Virus record (IMG/VR): IMGVR_UViG_3300033273_000658
Span: 64,001-128,000 of that record
Source: a virus
Strand: one strand, 5' to 3'
DNA: 64,000 nucleotides
The position numbers and the translations under genes are program-made. Position 1 is the stretch's first letter. Each line of letters opens with the position of its first letter. Below the pieces are notes generated by a model, which had not been told where the DNA came from, did no database searches, and saw only the letters and a list, made by a program, of their open reading frames with translations. This document shows positions 37,874 to 45,636 of this stretch, piece after piece.

Positions 37874-38263
37874 ATGAGCACATCTAACGCTAACAACGAG
37901 ACCACTATTAACCCCTCTTCTCTTCCAACTGCTGAATACCTCTATGCTCGCAACCCTGCTCTCCGAGACTCCAAAAACACCATCTCATACACGCAGTTCG
38001 ATAAAATCGTGCGCTCAATAGAGCCAAGCGCATACCAGCAATTACGCCTCATAGAGCTATGTGAGATGTACAACGCTCTCACACGTGAGCAACAGGTAGC
38101 ACAGGATGAGCCACACTTAAGCGCAGAAGATGACTTTGCAATCTTTACAGATCAAAACGGGTTTACTATCATTCAGCATGAACCAACCTTTATCAAGTTT
38201 AAGCTTATGGGCTATGAGAGTGTCGAAATGAAACGGCCGAGAAGACTCTCAATCATACTCTAA
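37874..38263 (+). CDS. Hypothetical protein
   Basis: AAGGA RBS after a C-rich tract. Confidence 0.55.
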   Translation: MSTSNANNETTINPSSLPTAEYLYARNPALRDSKNTISYTQFDKIVRSIEPSAYQQLRLIELCEMYNALTREQQVAQDEPHLSAEDDFAIFTDQNGFTIIQHEPTFIKFKLMGYESVEMKRPRRLSIIL

Positions 38264-38297
38264 GTTTTTGGAGTTTGCCAGAAGAACCATTTCATTT

Positions 38298-38498
38298 TGA
38301 GAATGGTTCTCATTTTTTTAGCTCGGTCATTTTGAGAATCATTCTCAATTTCAGTTTTTGGCATGAGCTTTGCAATATTGCAAGAAGTGTGCCAAACTTT
38401 TTTGACATAACTCAGACCGTTTTTCTCTTGCAAAAACCGTGCCAAAAAAAATTGTCATAACTCAAATGGCCTAGCTGGCCATTTGAGAATCATTCTCA
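38298..38498. promoter_or_regulatory. Island D: three Fur-type 7-1-7 boxes plus three sigma54 sites (two convergent)
   Basis: TGAGAATGGTTCTCA at 38298, TGAGAATCATTCTCA at 38333 and 38484; sigma54 + at 38359, - at 38378, - at 38428; 11-bp inverted repeat 38461-38487. Confidence 0.8.
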
Positions 38499-38668
38499 TT
38501 TAGAAAAAAATGAAAAAAAGTGAAAAAAAAGTTTGACATAGCAAAATGAGTCGGGTATTATAGAGTATGCCTTTTTTGAGGCTGTCGCTCTTTTACATCC
38601 CCAATAACAAATCTTCCTCTCCGTGGCTGTTCATGGAGAGAGACAAACTTCTTTATATGGAGCCAACC

Positions 38669-39094
38669 ATGGCAACAATCATTCTCAATTCTCTTAATCT
38701 CCTCACAAAAATCATCAATCAAGGTGCTTTTGCAACTGACGCTATCGCAGAAGTCCAGAACACCTATGGTCTTGATCAAGAGCAGGTCGATACCGTACTC
38801 ATGGAGTACAACATCAATCAGATGCGTTCCCAGCGTTCTCAGCTCACACTGACTGTCTGCTTAAAGAACGCATCCAGCGTAGAGATTCCTCTTACTCAGG
38901 CCCAGTTCGATCTGCTCATGGCGCAGTTCAATACTGGGGATGCAAAGGATCCCTATGGGAATCTCATTGTGAGAAGTGTAGAGATCACTGACAACAAGCG
39001 TATCCGTCAGCATGGTTATGCACCCGATGGAAACACAGGTTACAACTGGGGTTATGCATCCACAGGACGCTTGTCACATCCCAGTGATGAATAA
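38669..39094 (+). CDS. Hypothetical protein
   Basis: ATG after GGAG; promoter TTGACA-17-TATTAT at 38533. Confidence 0.55.
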   Translation: MATIILNSLNLLTKIINQGAFATDAIAEVQNTYGLDQEQVDTVLMEYNINQMRSQRSQLTLTVCLKNASSVEIPLTQAQFDLLMAQFNTGDAKDPYGNLIVRSVEITDNKRIRQHGYAPDGNTGYNWGYASTGRLSHPSDE

Positions 39095-39330
39095 ACATCC
39101 ACCCAATCACCCAAAACAGGGGGCGCAAGCCCCCAAGGAGCTTGTATGAGCCGTTTAATGAATCTTGCACACCTTGGAAATCCACTTGTAAAATGCACAA
39201 AATGTGGATTCCAATACCCCAAACTTGGAAAGTGGTCAATTGCCACCCATCAATGTACAGGAAAGAAAAAATGAGACTAGATCACTTCGTCATCAAACCA
39301 CCCACAACCAACCTTTATAGAGGAGCCACC

Positions 39331-39708
39331 ATGGCCATTTCAAACACACCCAAAACCAACACCCAAACCATCACAACAGGAGCCACCATGGCACACTATC
39401 CACAAAACACCCCATCTGTAACCCAGTCACGAGGCTTTGAGTCGTCACACATGACTTGGGTTCGCACACAACAAACTGGATCGGATCTTGTATACGGTCG
39501 TATTCGTGACACCGGAGCCAACTACATTGTAGAGGGTTATCGATCTGGTGTATGGGTTGCGATCCCTTGCAAGAATCTCCCAAGTGCACAGCTTCTTCTT
39601 GGTGGTGTCATGCCAAAGGCAACACACAAACGAGAAAAGGCGCACTATGACTTTCAGAAAGCCCATGTAGAGCTATACGCATGGTGGAAAGACCACAGCA
39701 TTGTATAA
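39331..39708 (+). CDS. Hypothetical protein with two in-frame AGGAGCCACCATG starts (39331, 39388)
   Basis: Duplicated initiation region. Confidence 0.5.
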   Translation: MAISNTPKTNTQTITTGATMAHYPQNTPSVTQSRGFESSHMTWVRTQQTGSDLVYGRIRDTGANYIVEGYRSGVWVAIPCKNLPSAQLLLGGVMPKATHKREKAHYDFQKAHVELYAWWKDHSIV

Positions 39709-39783
39709 CTCTTCCAGTGCTCTAGCCGTGGCATAAAACGGCCTACTACCCCACCCCCGTACCCCCACAAACAGGAGACATCC

Positions 39784-40143
39784 ATGTCACACGAGACACC
39801 CGAAACCAACCCCACAACCCCACAAAACACTACCACCAAGAAAGTTCTTTACATTGCTCATTTATGCCCATACGACATGGCTCAGTATGGATATGGAACC
39901 ACACATCGCTTTTCAGATCGGGAGGAGTTTGAGGCTTTCCGAGCCTCCAAAGGCTCTCGTTGTGATGACTACAGTCGTTGGATCTACCATGTGCGCACCA
40001 TCTTTAATCGAATCGAAGAAGGATACGATGTAGACTCGTGGTATTTCGACTATGGTGTCAATAATGACGGTTCAGTTTCAAAAACCCCATACGGACATTG
40101 GAACCAGTACCATGCAGATTTCAAGAGCTTTCCCGAAATCTAG
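39784..40143 (+). CDS. Hypothetical protein
   Basis: AGGAG RBS after a C-rich tract. Confidence 0.55.
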   Translation: MSHETPETNPTTPQNTTTKKVLYIAHLCPYDMAQYGYGTTHRFSDREEFEAFRASKGSRCDDYSRWIYHVRTIFNRIEEGYDVDSWYFDYGVNNDGSVSKTPYGHWNQYHADFKSFPEI

Positions 40144-40170
40144 TCACGTCAAGTCTTGACGTAACAACAT

Positions 40171-40197
40171 GAGCCGAAATTTTCGGCTCTTTTTTTT
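40171..40197 (+). terminator. Rho-independent terminator
   Basis: GAGCCGAAA/TTTCGGCTC hairpin then T8. Confidence 0.75.
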
Positions 40198-40211
40198 GAG
40201 CTTGATCATTT

Positions 40212-40459
40212 TGAGAATCATTCTCAATTTCTGTTTTAACAAATTTCATAAAATTTTATGCAAGTTAGATAAAAATCCTCTTGCAATAACCGTGCCAAAC
40301 TTTCTTTACGTAACTCCAAAAATCTTGCATGCAAGAAGTGTGCCAAAAAAACTTTACGTAACTCAAACCGGATAGCTGAAAATCCTCTTGCAAGAAGTGT
40401 GCCAAACTTTCTTTACGTAACTCAAAACACATAGCTGAGCATTTTTGAAAATCTTCTCA
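40212..40459 (-). promoter_or_regulatory. Island E: Fur box plus three sigma54 composite sites
   Basis: TGAGAATCATTCTCA at 40212; sigma54 sites at 40281, 40329, 40388, each with TTACGTAACT. Confidence 0.8.
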
Positions 40460-40652
40460 TTTAGAGCCGGTCAAAAAATGTCCTCAAAAAAAAGAAAAAA
40501 AATGTTTGCACATCGAAAAAACATGTTATATTAATTTTGTGGCGAGGTCATAACCTCAAAACTTTTTTCGCTCTTTGTCAGTTCCAATAATAATCCTGTT
40601 CTTTTCGTGGGTGCTAGTGCCACGAATCAAACCATCACAACAGGAGCCACCC

Positions 40653-41078
40653 ATGGCCTTATTAATCTTTCTACTCGTATTCGGTTATGTCGTTTGCGAC
40701 ATTGCCAAGAACATCAAAAACAATCGCAAATAGGAGATAAACCATGCTTATTATCGCATCTGCATACATTTCACTGATCGGGGGCTTTGGCCTCTACCAC
40801 TTCCTCAAACTCATTTTCAATCAATAGGAGACACCATGTCAGAAACTCACGTCCTTTTCAGTTTATTCCTCACCATCTCAGTTATGCTTTCCGGCTTTGT
40901 CTGGATTGTATGCGAAGAGTCTACACCATCTGAAACAGACGATTGGGAACTTATTCCAATCGCTCAAAAGATGGTCACAATCGGCCAGAAGCTTTCCGGC
41001 TTATACCTTTCTCTATCGATCCCCATCATGTTTTTTAACATGGTGTACATCATTACATTCTGCACCCACCAACCTTAG
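40653..41078 (+). CDS. Three small membrane proteins: 40653-40733, 40744-40827, 40836-41078
   Basis: Each has an AGGAG RBS and 1-2 hydrophobic helices. Confidence 0.55.
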
Positions 41079-41087
41079 GAGACAACC

Positions 41088-41447
41088 ATGAACACATTCA
41101 CAACCAACCAGCCCACAACAGGAAACAACACCATGAACCAAGACAACACAACCCACGTAGAACACAGCGCCACCAACACTATCCCATCCGTATATGATGA
41201 TACAAACCACAAGTATGACACACTTGAAACCACGCACCTCCCAAACCCCTCGGAATACCGTTCTGAGGTGGCAGTGATGTACGACTTCTTATGTGCTATC
41301 TCGGATTCGTGGGTACACTGCGCGAATACTCAGTACATCATTGACCATGCTCGTAACGAGCTTGTGCGTGGTGGTCGTACTCCATTCTACCATGAGTGCA
41401 TTAAGGAGCTTGTGAAGCTCTACAATGCACCACAAGGGGGTGAGTAA
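41088..41447 (+). CDS. Hypothetical protein
   Basis: AGGAGACAACCATG start. Confidence 0.55.
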   Translation: MNTFTTNQPTTGNNTMNQDNTTHVEHSATNTIPSVYDDTNHKYDTLETTHLPNPSEYRSEVAVMYDFLCAISDSWVHCANTQYIIDHARNELVRGGRTPFYHECIKELVKLYNAPQGGE

Positions 41448-41610
41448 TGACGAGTATCATCACCACCACAGGGCTTGCATTGCTTGCCCTTGTGGGCTTT
41501 GTGGGTGAGGTATTCGCCCCATGGAATGACATCCCCCGAAGCCTATCGGCTCGGCTCCTCTTGACGGCTGGCCTGTTTGGGCTGGCCTTGCGCCTGATGG
41601 GGTGGTTCTG

Positions 41611-41898
41611 ATGTTTCTGAGAGTCACCCAAACCCACACCAATCGCCCAAGCACGTGCAACGCACGTGCATGCGATTGCAAGCCCATCCCCTCCGGTACC
41701 CCGGTGGTGTGGACGGTGTCTACCTATCGGGGGCGTACCCTCAGCCGTGTGTGGCACCCTGAGTGCTTTGAGAGAGCCACGGCATACGCTCCCTACTATC
41801 ATAGACTCAAAGCGATTAGGGAGGGTAAAGACATCCTCCCGTTACCATTGTCGGCCTATTGTCCTGAGACGGGAAAGGTAATAGGCTACGAGCGATAG
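41611..41898 (+). CDS. Putative Zn-finger protein
   Basis: C....C.C.PI..G...WHPEC. Confidence 0.45.
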   Translation: MFLRVTQTHTNRPSTCNARACDCKPIPSGTPVVWTVSTYRGRTLSRVWHPECFERATAYAPYYHRLKAIREGKDILPLPLSAYCPETGKVIGYER

Positions 41899-41947
41899 AC
41901 CACCAGCCGATCGAATGATCGGCATTCTCTTTCCCCCACACCATAAT

Positions 41948-41966
41948 GATAATGAGAATCATTATC
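41948..41966. promoter_or_regulatory. Fur box (18/19 match to GATAATGATAATCATTATC)
   Basis: GATAATGAGAATCATTATC, with an extra CATAAT hexamer on the 5' side. Confidence 0.8.
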
Positions 41967-41998
41967 AATACCAGCCCGATTGGATGGGGCAAGACTTT

Positions 41999-42079
41999 CA
42001 AGTAATTGATTTCAATTATGGTATAGCGCAAACCGAAATCAATTATGGTTTTGAAATCGAAATCAATTATGGTTTGCGC
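41999..42079. repeat. TCAATTATGGT direct repeats x3, an IHF-consensus site and an inverted repeat
   Basis: Copies at 42012, 42039, 42063; reverse complement AATCAATTACTTG at 41999-42011; GCGCAAACC/GGTTTGCGC. Confidence 0.7.
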
Positions 42080-42274
42080 AACCCCCTCCTCCTACTTCCC
42101 CTTGGTTGGAGCGTTGCGAAATAAGTACTTGAAAGTCTTGACACGTCAAATCGGCGCAGATACATCCTCGCTACACACAGAAATTTCCCAGATTTGAAAA
42201 AAATTAAAAAACATAAAACTATTTAAGGTGTAAAAAAATATAGAAAAAAAATTTCTAGATTTAAGGAGCATAAA

Positions 42275-42598
42275 ATGAAATTAACAACAACACAAATAAG
42301 AAAGCTTATAAAAGAAGAGCTGCGTAAAATTCTAAAAGAAATGGATTATTCAGAAAGCATGAGTCTTGATTTGGGGTATTTGCAAAACTTAGCCAATCAA
42401 GTTAGAGAAAAAACTATTTCAAACAATGACATGCAAGAATTAATCAAAGCTGTTCAATTGATTGGAAATGAGCTTTTCGCTCAAAAATTAAATCCCAATG
42501 GGGAACACGCGATGTTTTATTATAAAACAGTTGGATTGGTAGATCCTGATGTTGACATGTATGAATTTAGCCCGGAAGAAGAGCCAGAATTTTATTAA
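42275..42598 (+). CDS. Protein with MKLTTTQIRKLIKEEL leader
   Basis: Leader motif; ACTATTTA at 42218. Confidence 0.65.
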   Translation: MKLTTTQIRKLIKEELRKILKEMDYSESMSLDLGYLQNLANQVREKTISNNDMQELIKAVQLIGNELFAQKLNPNGEHAMFYYKTVGLVDPDVDMYEFSPEEEPEFY

Positions 42599-42609
42599 AG
42601 AAACATAAA

Positions 42610-42948
42610 ATGAAATTTTATATCATAGAAAATAGTCGCATACCCCAAGCGCTTTCGCTTTTTATAAACATCTGGGCGATTACCCTATACCCGTTTATTA
42701 TTTGCAAAGGAGAACTTGACCAACGCACAAAAACTCATGAGATAATCCACCTTCATCAACAACGAGAGCTTTGGCTCATCGGCTTCTATTTATTGTATGT
42801 TTGGTATTGGCTTGTGGGTGTCTATAAACTTAGGTCATTTCATGGCGCATATCTCAATATTCCGTTCGAAAAAGAGGCTTACGCTAATGATCAGGACCCA
42901 ACATACCCCGTTCGCCGCAAAGCGTTTTCTTGGAGGAAATATCGATGA
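42610..42948 (+). CDS. Small HExxH metallopeptidase-like protein
   Basis: AITLYPFI, HEIIH..QQ, Y.NIPFEKEAY. Confidence 0.7.
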   Translation: MKFYIIENSRIPQALSLFINIWAITLYPFIICKGELDQRTKTHEIIHLHQQRELWLIGFYLLYVWYWLVGVYKLRSFHGAYLNIPFEKEAYANDQDPTYPVRRKAFSWRKYR

Positions 42949-43442
42949 ATATAAGCAGAAATTTACTAAAACAAATTATAAACGAAGAGCTTCGCAAAGT
43001 CCTTAACGAAGTTGATAGAGAATCTTGCGCTATTCACTCTCTCGGTTTTATTGATTTGGATGGAAACTTTATAGATTTAGAATCTTTTGCGACCGAATAC
43101 CAAAAAAGAATAAATGTTGCTTATACGCATGGAGATTATTTAAAAAGTGTAGGTTTAGATTGGACACCTGATGGCTGGATTAAAGTATCAAATGCTTATT
43201 CAATGACTATAGAAGCTTCTGACTGGTCTGCTATAAAACCGCAACAAGTCGATGGTTTAATTGACATGTGGATGTCTTGCACCAAATATTCCCCATGGAT
43301 TAGAAAAAAAGCAAATTCAAAGCATTTAGAATTTTGGGCTGGTGGTGAAGTCTTACCTAAGATGACTTTGGAAGAATTTCTATTAACATACGGCACTAAA
43401 GAGCAATTTGAAAGATTTTTTAATTTTTTAATTAATTACTAG
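42945..43442 (+). CDS. Protein with LLKQIINEEL leader
   Basis: Leader motif; GFI..DG..H..GWIKV. Confidence 0.6.
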   Translation: MNISRNLLKQIINEELRKVLNEVDRESCAIHSLGFIDLDGNFIDLESFATEYQKRINVAYTHGDYLKSVGLDWTPDGWIKVSNAYSMTIEASDWSAIKPQQVDGLIDMWMSCTKYSPWIRKKANSKHLEFWAGGEVLPKMTLEEFLLTYGTKEQFERFFNFLINY

Positions 43443-43520
43443 ATAAAAGTGGAAAAATTTAGGGCGCGATGCTCCGCTTGGAAAAAACCCTTCCTAGTTA
43501 CAATAGGGGGGTTTTATGTT

Positions 43521-44453
43521 ATGTGGTTATTATCATTATTATGGGGGTGCGGCTCAGACCATTTCTTGAGCCATGGAAAAATTCAGAATGAAATTGAATA
43601 TGTTTATGTCCAAGACAATTACATTGAGGGCTCTGAGGATACAGGATCAAATGAACCAATATGGGTAGACTCATTCACACAACCATCTATATCAAATGGA
43701 GTTGATATAATCTGGGTTATTGATGGCTCAGGATCAATGACAGATGATCACGCACTTGTTCTCCAAGGAATTTCAGATATGATGCATAGCCTCCCGCTTA
43801 TTAGTTGGAGGCTTATTATTATTTCAATGACACCTCATGAGGCCGTTGCTGTTGAGACATTTCCATTGCTGCCGGGAGACAGCGATTTGGATGCTTTTGT
43901 GATGTTTTCGCAAAATGTTAATAATGGATATGAACAAGGGTTTGAATCTGTTTATCAGTTTATTGAAAACAATGAGTTTGCTCGTCAATGGTTGAGGGAT
44001 GATGCTGCTTTATTAACGGTATTTGTCTCGGATGAAGATGATCAATCAAGTTCTAGGTTTCCAACGGTTGAAATATTTAAAAATTGGCTTGATAGTATAA
44101 GAGATCATGTCTATGTCTCCTCAATTACCAATCTTATGCCAGATGATTCGCTTTGCAACAACTACTCTCACAACGTTGGATTTAGATATCAAGAATTAAC
44201 CAATTTATATTCTGGTCAATTGCTTGATATTTGCTCCGAAAACTGGTCGCAAGGTGTTGCTGATGCCTCTAACCAGCTGCAGCTCAGAGAATGGCTTGAT
44301 CTTTCAAAAATTCCCGCAAATGACCAAGAAATTTATGTGTTTGTTGATGGTCTAGAGTATTTTGATTGGCATTATAATCCGGATGAAAATAGAGTTTATT
44401 TTGATGTTGTTCCGGATGAAGAAACTTTAGTTGAAATTGCATACTATTACTAA
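43521..44453 (+). CDS. vWA-domain lipoprotein
   Basis: MWLLSLLWGC; DIIWVIDGSGSM (MIDAS), FVSDEDDQS, G.RY, DIC..NW. Confidence 0.75.
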   Translation: MWLLSLLWGCGSDHFLSHGKIQNEIEYVYVQDNYIEGSEDTGSNEPIWVDSFTQPSISNGVDIIWVIDGSGSMTDDHALVLQGISDMMHSLPLISWRLIIISMTPHEAVAVETFPLLPGDSDLDAFVMFSQNVNNGYEQGFESVYQFIENNEFARQWLRDDAALLTVFVSDEDDQSSSRFPTVEIFKNWLDSIRDHVYVSSITNLMPDDSLCNNYSHNVGFRYQELTNLYSGQLLDICSENWSQGVADASNQLQLREWLDLSKIPANDQEIYVFVDGLEYFDWHYNPDENRVYFDVVPDEETLVEIAYYY

Positions 44454-44461
44454 TTATTAAC

Positions 44462-45415
44462 ATGAAAATACGAATAACAAAGAAAAAAAACATTGAAGAA
44501 ATTTCATCTAGTGGATCCGGGTCAGGATTTGCTGGAAATGCATTTCAAAATAAAAACAAAACAGAAGTAAATGAAGCAACTGAGATCAAAAGTGAAGTAG
44601 ATCCTGAACAAAAACTTGAAGATGGATACATTTCTCTTATTACAGTGCACAACACCGATTTAAATTATAAAATTATTCAAAATTTAGTTATTGAAAAAGA
44701 GTCACTATATATTGAATCTAGCTCTTATCATAAGCTTGCAGATGAAGTTGAAAAATGTATTCCTAGTGCGATAGTTTGGAGCTATGGTAGCAAGATGATA
44801 GAATACAGTCAAATTTCTTTTGACATTAGTAAAATAGAAATTAATGGAAAACCAATAACAAATCTTCACGGACTAGAAGAAAATATTTTTTTAAATAAAA
44901 TGGATGCCGTTAGATTTTTTAATCAAGTTATGAAAGAAATAGGTCAATATGTTTCCAAGCATTTAGATAAAGTTTATCGTTTTATTGGAATACCATCAGA
45001 AGAAGAAGAAAAATTATTTTCTGATGATAAGGCTACCAAGCGAACCCAGATTTATAAAATGGGACTAAAAAGGCTTTTTAGAAGTTTACCAGGAAATTGG
45101 AAGACACAAGAGGTAGGAGATCCAAATGATTTGTTTTTTTGGAGATGTCCTGATGGAGAACAGAGCACTCTGGTCTTTGAAAATAAAGAAATTGAGTTCA
45201 CAAATGAAGAAATCGATTTAATTCATGAAATGTATTCAACTTCTGGTGCTATGATGGGATCTGGTAGTGGTCATATTCCTAGAGAACGCAACCCAAAAGC
45301 TCACAAACGCTATGTTCGTATACGATTTACGCGTCAAAGGCTTCAAAACTTCAAACCAAGTAGATATTTTCCCAATAGGATGCAGCAGTTAGGTGAAAAG
45401 TGGTCACGGAAATAA
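44462..45415 (+). CDS. Hypothetical late protein; reading frame continues after TAA to 45520
   Basis: IxE followed by S/G-rich motifs; in-frame downstream CSNPKGF..QFC. Confidence 0.6.
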   Translation: MKIRITKKKNIEEISSSGSGSGFAGNAFQNKNKTEVNEATEIKSEVDPEQKLEDGYISLITVHNTDLNYKIIQNLVIEKESLYIESSSYHKLADEVEKCIPSAIVWSYGSKMIEYSQISFDISKIEINGKPITNLHGLEENIFLNKMDAVRFFNQVMKEIGQYVSKHLDKVYRFIGIPSEEEEKLFSDDKATKRTQIYKMGLKRLFRSLPGNWKTQEVGDPNDLFFWRCPDGEQSTLVFENKEIEFTNEEIDLIHEMYSTSGAMMGSGSGHIPRERNPKAHKRYVRIRFTRQRLQNFKPSRYFPNRMQQLGEKWSRK

Positions 45416-45526
45416 AGAAAAAAGCGAAAAAGCAAATGTTCTAATCCAAAAGGCTTCACAATGAAGCAATTTTGTAAAAACCAGCGCACAAGATCCAAAA
45501 AAGGACAAAAAAAGAATTAATTTTCA

Positions 45527-45555
45527 TTGACAAACCCCTTATTTAATGTTATATT
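45527..45555 (+). promoter_or_regulatory. sigma70-type promoter
   Basis: TTGACA-17-TATATT with TG extended -10. Confidence 0.7.
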
Positions 45556-45636
45556 AAGTTTACACAACAAAAAAAACTATATAACATGTCTTATGTTTAT
45601 AATATAACATACAATTACAAAGGTGTCAACAAAAAA

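Noticed and set aside
40143-40165. FNR/CRP site at the palindrome ACGTCAAG-T-CTTGACGT
   Set aside because: Half-site orientation and spacing do not match TTGAT-N4-ATCAA or TGTGA-N6-TCACA; it is a real palindrome but a single unassigned copy.
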